A stretch of DNA of 64,000 bases from Eledone cirrhosa. Lineage: Eukaryota. Positions 25,477-39,200 of the stretch are shown here, piece after piece. The position numbers were made by a program, and so were the translations under genes. The stretch's first letter is position 1, and every line of letters starts with the position of its first letter. The stretch lies in the NCBI GenBank assembly GCA_964016885.1, contig OZ024755.1, positions 41,664,001 to 41,728,000 of the forward strand. The letters run 5' to 3'. Below the pieces are notes generated by a model. It did not search any database. It was not told the DNA's origin and was given only the letters and a program-made list of their open reading frames with translations.

Positions 25477-27703
25477 GTTCTTTGAGTCTCAGTCATTGAT
25501 GTTATTTAACTGGAAAGTTTGTTGAAATGAATATCAAGCTGCTACCTGCAGCCTCAGATATTCAGGACGTATCGGAGGATTCTTGCTGTTCCCAGCAAGC
25601 ATGCCTTTTGAAGTGTTTAAAAAGCGGGGCTGGACTAACTTTCTTTAACCATCCCTGGAAACTCCTTGAGATAGTACCTAGTGCGCCTATGACAAACGGG
25701 ACGACTTTGACTTCATGGCAGTTCCAGATCCTTTTTACTTCCCACTTTAAGTCCTGGTATCGGTTAATTTTCTCCCTCTCCTTTTCTTGCACTCTCGTGT
25801 CGAATGGGCAGGCTACATCCACAATCACGCACGATCTTTTTTCCTTGTCCAAAACCACCAGGTCAGGTCTATTGTGTTCTAATTTCTTGTCCGTCTGTAT
25901 CCTAAAATCCCACAGCACCTTCACCTGATCGTTTTCTATCACCGACTCTGGTTTATGCTCATACCACTTCTCAGAATGTGGTAAATTGTTTACTTTGCAT
26001 AGGTGCCAGTGGATCACCCTGCCCATCACATCATGTCTCCAGCCCTTATAGTGAGTCTGGGCTAGGTGTTTACACTCGGATACAATGTGAGCCACAGTCT
26101 CCTCTCTCTCTCCACAGATCCTGCACAGTGGGCTAGCCTCCTCCTTGTAAATATGGTGTTTCAGCCACTTCGTTTTGAGGGCCTGCTCTTGCGCAGCCAT
26201 TAGCATTCCTTCTGTAGCCTTTTTAAGGTCTACTCTTTTCAACCAGTTCCATGTCTGTGGATCTCTGAATTCAGTTTTCTCAAAGAAGGTTCTATGAAGG
26301 GATTTTTCATGAAGGCTGCTCTTTCTCCTTGTTGTTATTTCCTCCTTGGACATCCCCTGGTCCTCTCCTTCAGTACAATTCTGTGCATTGGCTCCCTACT
26401 ATCAGTCACGTATTTGTGTAGGTTGTTTTTCTCGATCTGAACACAGTCCTCTTTGCTGATAAGACCTCTTCCACCTTCAGATCTCCTTAAGTAGAGTCTA
26501 TCGACATCACTCCTCTTGTGGAACATGTTGTAGATAGTCAATAGCTTCCTATCCATTTCTTTTTGTTCAGCAACATTCCATCTCAGAATTCCCCCACTAC
26601 CTAATAATAGACACAGCTCGAGAATTTACTGCACTTAGGGCATTCCTACTGTTCAGATGTGATTTTAATACGCTCCTTACTCTCCGAATGTATTCAGATC
26701 TTATCAATTCCTTCATTTTTTTTGTTCTTGATGTCATCAGCCTCCAGAACACCCAAATACTTGTATCCTTCTTCAGTGTCAATTTCCTTTATCATCTCAC
26801 CTGTTGGTACCTGGATTCCGTTGCTTCTGCTCAATTTACCCCTCTTCATCACAAGGACTCCACACTTACTAATACCAAATTGCATACATATATCATTGCT
26901 GAAAATACGGACAGTGTCAACAAGCACATCCAACTCCTTCTCACTCTTCCCGAAGAGCTTAAGATCGCCCAGGAAGAGGAGGTGATTGATGGTAAGCTCT
27001 CCCTTTCCCAACTTGTATCTTGCTCTCACTTTTCGCAGTATAATGGTCAGGGGCATCAGGGCAAGGACAAACCACAGAGGAGATAGACTATCTCCCTGGA
27101 AGATACCTCTCTTGATCTTCACGCCTCCCAAGGATTCTCCAGCTGATGTTAACTCTGTTTTCCAGGACTTCATACTTTTGCTCAACAACTGTCTGATGTT
27201 ATCTGCCACCTTGAAGATCTCCAGGCTCTTGGTGATCCAAGAATGAGGTACCATGTCAAATGCCTTTTTGTAGTCTATCCATCCCATGGCAAGACCAGTA
27301 TGTCTCCTCTTGCAATTCCTCATTACCATCTTATCAATAAGTAATTGGTCCATTGTAGCACGGGACTTCTTTCGGCATCCTTTCTGTTCGTCCGGTAACA
27401 AGTTGTTTGTGTGGAGGTGATGGTAGATTTTCTCAGACACAATGCTTGTCAACAGTTTCCACATTACGGACAGACATGTGATAGGTCTATAGTTGGTAAC
27501 ATCATTACCCTTGATTCTGTCTTTCATTACCAGAACTGTGGTACCTTTTGTCAACCACTCTGGTACCTCACCTGACATCAAGCAGTCATTGAACATGGTT
27601 GTCACTTTCGGGTGGAGGGATGTTATATTTTTAATCCAATACCCCTGCACACCATCTGGGCCTGGTGATTTCCAGTTGGTTAGTTTTTTGGCCTGCCCCT
27701 TAA
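25477..27703 (-). mobile_element. Dong/R4-clade LINE, 5'-truncated, frameshifted RT + CCHC + RLE
   Basis: PGPDG, NYRPITCL, EQKGCR, DYKKAFDMV, GIFQGDSLSP, FLGD (mutated catalytic motif), YKYLG, RLY..R..GGRGL; ORFs 27650-26694 and 26353-25562. Confidence 0.93.
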
Positions 27704-27714
27704 GAGTTTCAACT

Positions 27715-28035
<321 letters not shown>

Positions 28036-28384
28036 AATATGATAATAAGGGCGCTGCGGAGTTGCAAATGGGTTACATATGAAAAAAGTTTGTCCTTCAT
28101 CAGTGATCTTCCAACTATCATAGGCATTTCATCGCTTTAAAGACCATATACCTCCGGTTGGTGCGAGCAACGGCTAAAAAAAGTCGTTAGGACATGTAAA
28201 TAAAGGGGACGCGAGGGTAAACAAACAAAATGGTGAGGCAACAGAAGTGAGGAAGAAGGAGATAAGTCCCAGATTACTATGAATTTAAGTTCGGTGAAAT
28301 CGTGAACGAGAGAATAAAGACCATCAAACCTGGTTGAAATGTGAGCAAGGAAGGAATTTCGCACAGATATATATATATATATGA

Positions 28385-28501
28385 TATTAAATAAATATAC
28401 AATGATATTAAATAAATGGAAACTATATTTATAAAACCATATTTATTCTATTATATATATTTCAAGGGTACCAAAACTTTGGTACGCTCTCATCAGATAA
28501 A

Positions 28502-28503
<2 letters not shown>
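28385..28503 (-). mobile_element. Family F inverted arm with HHR (28444-28503)
   Basis: Reverse complement of 30550-30655. Confidence 0.75.
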
Positions 28504-28552
<49 letters not shown>

Positions 28553-28553
<1 letters not shown>

Positions 28554-28740
28554 GGGCGGTGGATTGACAGAATCGGTAGAGGGTCGGACGCCATGCTTTC
28601 CAGCATAGTTACGTCCCTTTACGATCTGAGTTCAAATCCCGCCGAGGTTGACTTTACCTTTTATCCTTACGGGGTCGATATAATAAAGTACCAGTAATGC
28701 ACTGGGTAATTGCTGGCCTTGTGCCTAAAGTAGAAACAAT
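28553..28740 (+). mobile_element. Full-length tRNA-derived SINE in (ATT)n
   Basis: A box TGACAGAATCGG, B box GAGTTCAAATCC, tail ccttgtgcctaaagtagaaaca(ATT)n. Confidence 0.88.
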
Positions 28741-28759
28741 TATTATTATTATTATTATT

Positions 28760-29091
28760 GTTCTTTGAGTCTTTGATGTTATTTAACTGGAAAGTTTGTT
28801 GAAATGAATATCAAGCTGCTACCTGCAGCCTCAGATATTCAGGACGTATCGGAGGGTTCTTGCTGTTCCCAACAAGCATGCCTTTTGAAGTGTTCCAAAA
28901 AGCGGGGCTGGACTAATCTTCTTTAACCATCCCTGGAAACCCCTTGAGATAGTACCTAGTGCGCCTATGACAAACGGGACGACTCTGACTTCATGGCAGT
29001 TCCAAATCCTTTTTAACTCCCACTTTAAGTCCTGGTATCGGTTAATTTTCTCCCTGTCTTTCTCTTGCACTCTCGTGTCGAATGGGCAGGC
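28760..29091 (-). mobile_element. Dong/R4-like 3' fragment in (TAA)n
   Basis: ORF 29070-28831 matches the C-terminus of the other Dong copies. Confidence 0.9.
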
Positions 29092-29095
29092 AATA

Positions 29096-29131
<36 letters not shown>

Positions 29132-29132
<1 letters not shown>

Positions 29133-29234
29133 GGTGGATTGGCAGTATCAGTAGAGAGTCGGACGCCATGCTTTCCAGCATAGTTACGTCCCTTTACGGT
29201 CTGAGTTCAAATCCCGCCGAGGTTAACTTTGCCT
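29132..29234 (+). mobile_element. SINE head, 3'-truncated
   Basis: Matches 28556-28658. Confidence 0.8.
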
Positions 29235-29236
29235 GC

Positions 29237-29442
29237 GTTGTTTGCTCTGATCAGAGCAAACAACACGGACACTCTATCTCAAAATTATTTTTGAAAAGCA
29301 TTTAGAAATGCGCAACCGGTAAAAACTTAAAAACTTAAAACCACAACTGAATACTAACCCATACAATCACTAATACTCTTTTATTCCTAATTAAACCATT
29401 TTTCAACTGTGAACAATTTGTCAGCATTTTCTATTCCGTTTA

Positions 29443-29446
<4 letters not shown>
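29237..29446 (+). mobile_element. Fold-back insertion starting with perfect 28-bp palindrome
   Basis: gttgtttgctctga|tcagagcaaacaac at 29237-29264; ends in (TA)n. Confidence 0.45.
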
Positions 29447-29490
<44 letters not shown>

Positions 29491-29677
29491 CAATAAGAAG
29501 TCAGATTTGCAGCTTATGAAACTTTATTGCATATTACAACTGTAATATCAATCAGCTCGGGTTTGATCAGGCGATCGGATCCCGACTCTTAATCGACACC
29601 TCTTCAGATATGCGAGTACACATAATAACACACACACACACATAGTATAAATGTTTCATATTCCTCAATTTGTCCGC

Positions 29678-29762
29678 GTGCCCGATGACGGGTTCAGTTT
29701 GAAAGACCCTCCTCCAATAAATAGTGGTGGCCGTAACTGGACCCCGAAACCGCTGGTCACAC
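29678..29762 (+). ncRNA. Hammerhead motif (family G, core CCGATGA) in CA-flanked element 29642-29846
   Basis: 10-bp stem II gggttcagtt/aactggaccc; GAAAC C gct G GTC ACAC. Confidence 0.65.
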
Positions 29763-29845
29763 ATGTAAAATGTATGAAATATTATTTATACTAAATAAAC
29801 TTTCTTGTTTTGAGCATTGTTGTCCTTGTTAGTTCATCTGCATGT

Positions 29846-30855
<1,010 letters not shown>

Positions 30856-30856
30856 G

Positions 30857-30889
<33 letters not shown>

Positions 30890-31424
30890 AGATGTAATAG
30901 ATAGACACACGTGTGTGTGTCTGTGTTTGTGTGTGTGTTTGTGTTTATAAAGAGAGAGAGAGACTGAATGAGAGCAATAGAAAGTGAAAGAGAAATAAAT
31001 ATATGAAACGTGTACTCACCACTGTTTAAGGAGCCTTCGTACAATGACCTTGTTACAGTATCAAACATTATGACAGAGAAATGGAACTTTGCTGTTACTT
31101 CATCAAAGCCCAGATTTTAAATAAATGCCCAGATTCATCAGGTTTTAAATGGGTTTAATATTTATGTTTTATTTTTAGCATGAAATCCTGTTTCCTAGAA
31201 TCCTTGATCATGTGACCTAGGTCGAATGAAATCCGGTTCGAATGGTATTCATAATACATGATATTTATATCGAAATTTCGCTCTGAAGTACATGACAATT
31301 GTTACATAATAGTGTATTATAGTTAAACATAACTAAATATTTTCGGCTTTCAGCCAATGGGACACTCCTTCTAGTATGTTGTCAATTAAGCTTAAAATTC
31401 GTTAGTTTCATATTAGCTTTGCTA

Positions 31425-31731
31425 CTGCTGCTACATGAGTTACTCAACTATCATATTGATACATGACTGGCTCAACTATCATACTGCTACATGAGTGGTT
31501 CAACTATCATACTGCTACATGAGTGGCTCAACTATCATACGGCTGCATGGGTGGATCAACTATCATACCGCTACATGAGTGGATCAACTATCATACTGCT
31601 ACATGAGTGGTTCAACTATCATACCGCTACACGAGTAGATCAACTATCATACTGCTACATGACTGGCTCAACTATCATACCGCTACATGAGTGGATCAAC
31701 TACCACTGCTACATGAATGGCTCAACTATCA
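31425..31731. repeat. 28-bp minisatellite, ~11 copies (tcaactatcatactgctacatgagtggc)
   Basis: Direct periodicity. Confidence 0.93.
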
Positions 31732-31944
31732 CACGAAACCACTGAACGTGTTTAAACTTTTTATCTAGTAGTTCTTGTGGCCCAGAGGGGGATTTGGGGA
31801 GGATAGACTTCTCACTGTATTATAGCGAACGCTTCCACAATATCTAAAGGGCTCAAATTTAATCATTGTTTGTTACCATAAATAACACACAAGCGCCTCG
31901 ATTACATTTTTAGCTAGTGAATCCGTTTCCGGTGTGAACGAAGA

Positions 31945-32052
31945 ATGACTGAATAATGAAGAAGTTATGCAATGATTAGGTCCTGGGTTCGAATCCAGAG
32001 AGTGGCATCTTGGGAGTATTATTTATCATAGCTTTGCGTCGACTAAAGTGTT
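31945..32052 (+). mobile_element. tRNA-derived SINE head
   Basis: Canonical B box GGTTCGAATCC at 31986-31996; no cloverleaf evident. Confidence 0.55.
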
Positions 32053-32055
32053 ATT

Positions 32056-32155
<100 letters not shown>

Positions 32156-32242
32156 GCAAAACCTAAACAGAAATAAGAAGGCAAACGACACAGTAAATGA
32201 AAAGATATATTAGTTTAACGCTTGATATAGTAGGGCAAGAGG

Positions 32243-32277
32243 CCTTACGTTTCGAACACTGGTCCTTCATCAGAAGA
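32243..32277 (-). ncRNA. Very minimal hammerhead-like motif
   Basis: rc: TCTT-CTGATGA-a ggac cagt gttc-GAAACGTA-AGG. Confidence 0.55.
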
Positions 32278-32464
32278 TAGAATGAGACATAAAAGATGAA
32301 CAAAAAAAATAGAGAGTGAGAAGAGGAAGGAATAGGAAACATTTTTGGGGTGAACCAAAGTGTCATTTACCATAGACTAGGGTCGACAAAAGAGGGGTGG
32401 GGGTGAGGGGGCAAAAGCTTTATAAGTAAGATTGGTGATTTTGTAATGTTTGGAAGCCCAGTCT

Positions 32465-33270
32465 GTCCAGTAATTTACCAATAGCCAATTCAACGTAAAC
32501 ATACAGCAATTATGCAATTCCAGGGAAAAACTTATAAACGTTAAAACAGAACAAGAAACCTTAAAACATTAAAAACAAAATTGGACATTTTTGGAAAAGA
32601 AAATTGAAAACAAGAAAATTCACTTTTGGGAATATGGTGAAAAATATGAACAAAGCTGGAATCTTACCCCGTAAATTCCAAATAAAACCCATAACTAATG
32701 AACCTGAACAACAAAGGAAACTACGAGAGCAAATGAATATGAAAATAGAACTCTTAAAATTAAGAGCCACCTCCAATGAACAAACATACCAGGATATTGA
32801 CCAACAAATGGAAATAAAATGTGCTAAACACACTGAGGGAACAGCCCTACAAAATGTAATCAAATCTTGGAAACTGCGAGAATGCAGAACTAATCTCATT
32901 AAAACGATGGGAAAAAATTGAAAATTGGTTCCCCAAATGGGAAGTGGATTTCAAAGCAATGCATCACACAGATGACCCATTGAACAAAACAAGAAACCTC
33001 ACAGAAACATTCATACTACCAACCCCAAAATGGACCATAGACAGAACCTCATTCAACACAAACCAAATACAACCAACTAGAGCAGAAGAAATATACCTAA
33101 CCACCACCACAAAATCCACAAAAATATCTCCTACAGAAACCAACCTCCAAAACAACATAGAGCTAACCCGCAATATAAACACCATATACGTCTGAAGAAA
33201 TCCACACAGACCACATGAAATCCCAACAAAACCTTCCCACATTAGCAACAACAAACCCTACAAAAAACAA
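32465..33270 (+). pseudogene. Degenerate ORF remnant, possibly the N-terminal region of a PLE ORF
   Basis: Frameshifted A-rich coding-like sequence (LPRKFQIKPITNEPEQQRKLRE..IELLKLR); assignment from recall and the adjacent HHR. Confidence 0.4.
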
Positions 33271-36200
33271 TGACATCTCCCTGTCTGTGTCATAGACCAG
33301 AGTATGGTCACTTTGTCACTGACATCTCCCTGTCTGTGTCATAGACCAGAGTATGGTCACTTTGTCACTGACATTTCCCTGTCTGTGTCATACGCCAGAG
33401 TATGGTCACTTTGTCACTGACATCTCCCTGTCTGTGTCATAGCCCAGAGTACGGTCACTTTGTCACTGACATCTCCCTGTCTGTGTCATACGCCAGAGTA
33501 TGGTCACTTTGTCACTGACATCTCCCTGTCTGTGTCATACGCCAGAGTACGATCACTCTGTCACTGACATCTCCCTGTCTGTGTCATAGCCCAGAGTACG
33601 GTCACTTTGTCACTGACATCTCCCTGTCTGTGTCATACGCCAGAGTACGGTCACTTTGTCACTGACATCTCCCTGTCTGTGTCATAGCCCAGAGTATGGT
33701 CACTTTGTCACTGACATCTCCCTGTCTGTGTCATAGCCCAGAGTACGGTCACTCTGTCGCTGACATCTCCCTGTCTGTGTCATACGCCAGAGTACGGTCA
33801 CTTTGTCACTGACATCTCCCTGTCTGTGTCACAGTCCAGAGTATGGTCACTTTGTCACTGATATCTCCCTGTCTGTGTCATACCCCAGAGTATGGTCACA
33901 TTGTCACTGACATCTCCCTGTCTGTGTCATACCCCAGAGTATGGTCACATTGTCACTGACATCTCCCTGTCTGTGTCATAGCCCAGAGTATGGTCACTTT
34001 GTCACTGACATCTCCCTGTCTGTGTCATAGCCCAGAGTATGGTCACTTTGTCACTGACATCTCCCTGTCTGTGTCATAGCCCAGAGTATGGTCACTCTGT
34101 CACTGACATCTCCCTGTCTGTGTCATAGTCCAGAGTTTGGTCACTTTGTCACTGACATCTCCCTGTCTGTGTCATAGTCCAGACTATGGTCACTTTGTCA
34201 CTGACATCTCCCTGTCTGTGTCATACGCCAGAGTATGGTCATTCTGTCACTGACATCTCCCTGTCTGTGTCATAGTCCAGAGTTTGGTCACTTTGTCACT
34301 GACATCTCCCTGTCTGTGTCATAGTGCAGAGTATGGTCACTCTGTCACTGACATCTCCCTGTCTGTGTCATAGTCCAGAGTATGGTCACTTTGTCACTGA
34401 CATCTCCCTGTCTGTGTCATAGCCCAGAGTATGGTCACTTTGTCACTGACATCTCCCTGTCTGTGTCATAGCCCAGAGTATGGTCACTCTGTCACTGACA
34501 TCTCCCTGTCTGTGTCATAGTCCAGAGTTTGGTCACTTTGTCACTGACATCTCCCTGTCTGTGTCATAGTCCAGAGTATGGTCACTTTGTCACTGACATC
34601 TCCCTGTCTGTGTCATACGCCAGAGTATGGTCACTCTGTCACTGACATCTCCCTGTCTGTGTCATAGTGCAGAGTTTGGTCACTTTGTCACTGACATCTC
34701 CCTGTCTGTGTCATACCCCAGAGTATGGTCACTTTGTCACTGACATCTCCCTGTCTGTGTCATAGTCCAGAGTATGGTCACTTTGTCACTGCCATCTCCC
34801 TGTCTGTGTCATAGTCCAGAGTATGGTTGTCACTGACATCTCCCTGTCTGTGTCATAGTGCAGAGTTTGGTCACTTTGTCACTGACATCTCCCTGTCTGT
34901 GTCATACCCCAGAGTACTGTCACTTTGTCACTGACATCTCCCTGTCTGTGTCATAGCCCAGAGTATGGTCACTTTGTCACTGACATCTCCCTGTCTGTGT
35001 CATAGCCCAGAGTATGGTCACTTTGTCACTGACATCTCCCTGTCTGTGTCATACCCCAGAGTATGGTCACTTTGTCACCGACATTTCCCTGTCTGTGTCA
35101 TAGTCCAGAGTTTGGTCACTTTGTCACTCACATCTCCCTGTCTGTGTCATAGTCCAGAGTATGGTCACTTTGAAAGACATCTCCCTGTCTGTGTCATAGT
35201 CCAGAGTATGGTCACTTTGTCACTGACATCTCCCTGTCTGTGTCATAGTCCAGAGTATGGTCACTTTGTCACTGCCATCTCCCTGTCTGTGTCATACCCC
35301 AGAGTATGGTCACTTTGTCACTGACATCTCCCTGTCTGTGTCATAGCCCAGAGTATGGTCACTTTGTCACTGACATCTCCCTGTCTGTGTCATAGCCCAG
35401 AGTATGGTCACTTTGTCACTGACATCTCCCTGTCTGTGTCATAGACCAGAGTATGGTCACTCCGTCACTGACATCTCCCTGTCTGTGTCATAGTCCAGAG
35501 TTTGGTCACTTTGTCACTGACATCTCCCTGTCTGTGTCATAGTCCAGACTATGGTCACTTTGTCACTGACATCTCCCTGTCTGTGTCATACGCCAGAGTA
35601 TGGTCACTCTGTCACTGACATCTCCCTGTCTGTGTCATAGTCCAGAGTTTGGTCACTTTGTCACTGACATCTCCCTGTCTGTGTCATAGTGCAGAGTATG
35701 GTCACTCTGTCACTGACATCTCCCTGTCTGTGTCATAGTCCAGAGTATGGTCACTTTGTCACTGACATCTCCCTGTCTGTGTCATAGCCCAGAGTATGGT
35801 CACTTTGTCACTGACATCTCCCTGTCTGTGTCATAGCCCAGAGTATGGTCACTCTGTCACTGACATCTCCCTGTCTGTGTCATAGTCCAGAGTTTGGTCA
35901 CTTTGTCACTGACATCTCCCTGTCTGTGTCATAGTCCAGAGTATGGTCACTTTGTCACTGACATCTCCCTGTCTGTGTCATACGCCAGAGTATGGTCACT
36001 ATGTCACTGACATCTCCCTGTCTGTGTCATAGTGCAGAGTTTGGTCACTTTGTCACTGACATCTCCCTGTCTGTGTCATACCCCAGAGTATGGTCACTTT
36101 GTCACTGACATCTCCCTGTCTGTGTCATAGCCCAGAGTATGGTCACTTTGTCACTGACATCTCCCTGTCTGTGTCATAGTCCAGAGTATGGTTGTCACTG

Positions 36201-39200
36201 ACATCTCCCTGTCTGTGTCATAGTGCAGAGTTTGGTCACTTTGTCACTGACATCTCCCTGTCTGTGTCATACCCCAGAGTACTGTCACTTTGTCACTGAC
36301 ATCTCCCTGTCTGTGTCATAGCCCAGAGTATGGTCACTTTGTCACTGACATCTCCCTGTCTGTGTCATAGCCCAGAGTATGGTCACTTTGTCACTGACAT
36401 CTCCCTGTCTGTGTCATACCCCAGAGTATGGTCACTTTGTCACCGACATTTCCCTGTCTGTGTCATAGTCCAGAGTTTGGTCACTTTGTCACTCACATCT
36501 CCCTGTCTGTGTCATAGTCCAGAGTATGGTCACTTTGTCAGACATCTCCCTGTCTGTGTCATACGCCAGAGTATGGTCACTTTGTCACTGCCATCTCCCT
36601 GTCTGTGTCATACCCCAGAGTATGGTCACTTTGTCACTGACATCTCCCTGTCTGTGTCATAGCCCAGAGTATGGTCACTTTGTCACTGACATCTCCCTGT
36701 CTGTGTCATAGCCCAGAGTATGGTCACTTTGTCACTGACATCTCCCTGTCTGTGTCATAGACCAGAGTATGGTCACTCTGTCACTGACATCTCCCTGTCT
36801 GTGTCATAGTCCAGAGTTTGGTCACTTTGTCACTGACATCTCCCTGTCACTTTGTCACTGACATCTCCCTGTCTGTGTCATACGCCAGAGTATGGTCACT
36901 CTGTCACTGACATCTCCCTGTCTGTGTCATAGTACAGAGTTTGGTCACTTTGTCACTGACATCTCCCTGTCTGTGTCATAGTGCAGAGTATGGTCACTCT
37001 GTCACTGACATCTCCCTGTCTGTGTCATAGTCCAGAGTATGGTCACTTTGTCACTGACATTCCCTGTCTGTGTCATAGCCCAGAGTATGGTCACTTTGTC
37101 ACTGACATCTCCCTGTCTGTGTCATAGCCCAGAGTATGGTCACTCTGTCACTGACATCTCCCTGTCTGTGTCATAGTCCAGAGTTTGGTCACTTTGTCAC
37201 TGACATCTCCCTGTCTGTGTCATAGTCCAGAGTATGGTCACTTTGTCACTGACATCTCCCTGTCTGTGTCATAGCCCAGAGTATGGTCACTCTGTCACTG
37301 ACATCTCCCTGTCTGTGTCATAGTCCAGAGTTTGATCACTTTGTCACTGACATCTCCCTGTCTGTGTCATAGTCCAGACTATGGTCACTTTGTCACTGAC
37401 ATCTCCCTGTCTGTGTCATACGCCAGAGTATGGTCACTCTGTCACTGACATCTCCCTGTCTGTGTCATAGTCCAGAGTTTGGTCACTTTGTCACTGACAT
37501 CTCCCTGTCTGTGTCATACCCCAGAGTATGGTCACTTTGTCACCGACATTTCCCTGTCTGTGTCATAGTCCAGAGTTTGGTCACTTTGTCACTCACATCT
37601 CCCTGTCTGTGTCAAAGTCCAGAGTATGGTCATTTTGTCAGACATCTCCCTGTCTGTGTCATAGTCCAAAGTATGGTCACTTTGTCACTGACATCTCCCT
37701 GTCTGTGTCATACGCCAGAGTATGGTCACTTTGTCACTGCCATCTCCCTGTCTGTGTCATACCCCAGAGTATGGTCACTTTGTCACTGACATCTCCCTGT
37801 CTGTGTCATAGCCCAGAGTATGGTCACTTTGTCACTGACATCTCCCTGTCTGTGTCATAGCCCAGAGTATGGTCACTTTGTCACTGACATCTCCCTGTCT
37901 GTGTCATAGACCAGAGTATGGTCACTCTGTCACTGACATCTCCCTGTCTGTGTCATAGTCCAGAGTTTGGTCACTTTGTCACTGACATCTCCCTGTCTGT
38001 GTCATAGTCCAGACTATGGTCACTTTGTCACTGACATCTCCCTGTCTGTGTCATACGCCAGAGTATGGTCACTCTGTCACTGACATCTCCCTGTCTGTGT
38101 CATAGTCCAGAGTTTGGTCACTTTGTCACTGACATCTCCCTGTCTGTGTCATAGTGCAGAGTATGGTCACTCTGTCACTGACATCTCCCTGTCTGTGTCA
38201 TAGTCCAGTGTATGGTCACTTTGTCACTGACATCTCCCTGTCTGTGTCATAGCCCAGAGTATGGTCACTTTGTCACTGACATCTCCCTGTCTGTGTCATA
38301 CCCCAGAGTACTGTCACTTTGTCACTGACATCTCCCTGTCTGTGTCATAGCCCAGAGTATGGTCACTTTGTCACTGACATCTCCCTGTCTGTGTCATAGC
38401 CCAGAGTATGGTCACTTTGTCACTGACATCTCCCTGTCTGTGTCATACCCCAGAGTATGGTCACTTTGTCACCGACATTTCCCTGTCTGTGTCATAGTCC
38501 AGAGTTTGGTCACTTTGTCACTCACATCTCCCTGTCTGTGTCATAGTCCAGAGTATGGTCACTTTGTCAGACATCTCCCTGTCTGTGTCATAGTCCAGAG
38601 TATGGTCACTTTGTCACTGACATCTCCCTGTCTGTGTCATAGTCCAGAGTATGGTCACTTTGTCACTGCCATCTCCCTGTCTGTGTCATACCCCAGAGTA
38701 TGGTCACTTTGTCACTGACATCTCCCTGTCTGTGTCATAGCCCAGAGTATGGTCACTTTGTCACTGACATCTCCCTGTCTGTGTCATAGCCCAGAGTATG
38801 GTCACTTTGTCACTGACATCTCCCTGTCTGTGTCATAGACCAGAGTATGGTCACTCCGTCACTGACATCTCCCTGTCTGTGTCATAGTCCAGAGTTTGGT
38901 CACTTTGTCACTGACATCTCCCTGTCTGTGTCATAGTCCAGACTATGGTCACTTTGTCACTGACATCTCCCTGTCTGTGTCATACGCCAGAGTATGGTCA
39001 CTCTGTCACTGACATCTCCCTGTCTGTGTCATAGTCCAGAGTTTGGTCACTTTGTCACTGACATCTCCCTGTCTGTGTCATAGTGCAGAGTATGGTCACT
39101 CTGTCACTGACATCTCCCTGTCTGTGTCATAGTCCAGAGTATGGTCACTTTGTCACTGACATCTCCCTGTCTGTGTCATAGCCCAGAGTATGGTCACTCT

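Noticed and set aside
25477-27703. Active retrotransposon
   Set aside because: 5'-truncated, several frameshifts, catalytic motif mutated to FLGD
28095-28110. Hammerhead from minus-strand CTGATGA (also at ~4283)
   Set aside because: Could not find a matching stem II, GAAA and stem I
31975-32005. tRNA gene
   Set aside because: Only a B box; no acceptor or anticodon stems; continues as SINE body
33290-33310. tRNA D-arm/A-box resemblance of tagcccagagtatgg in the 49-mer
   Set aside because: Spacing does not fit and there is no B box or cloverleaf
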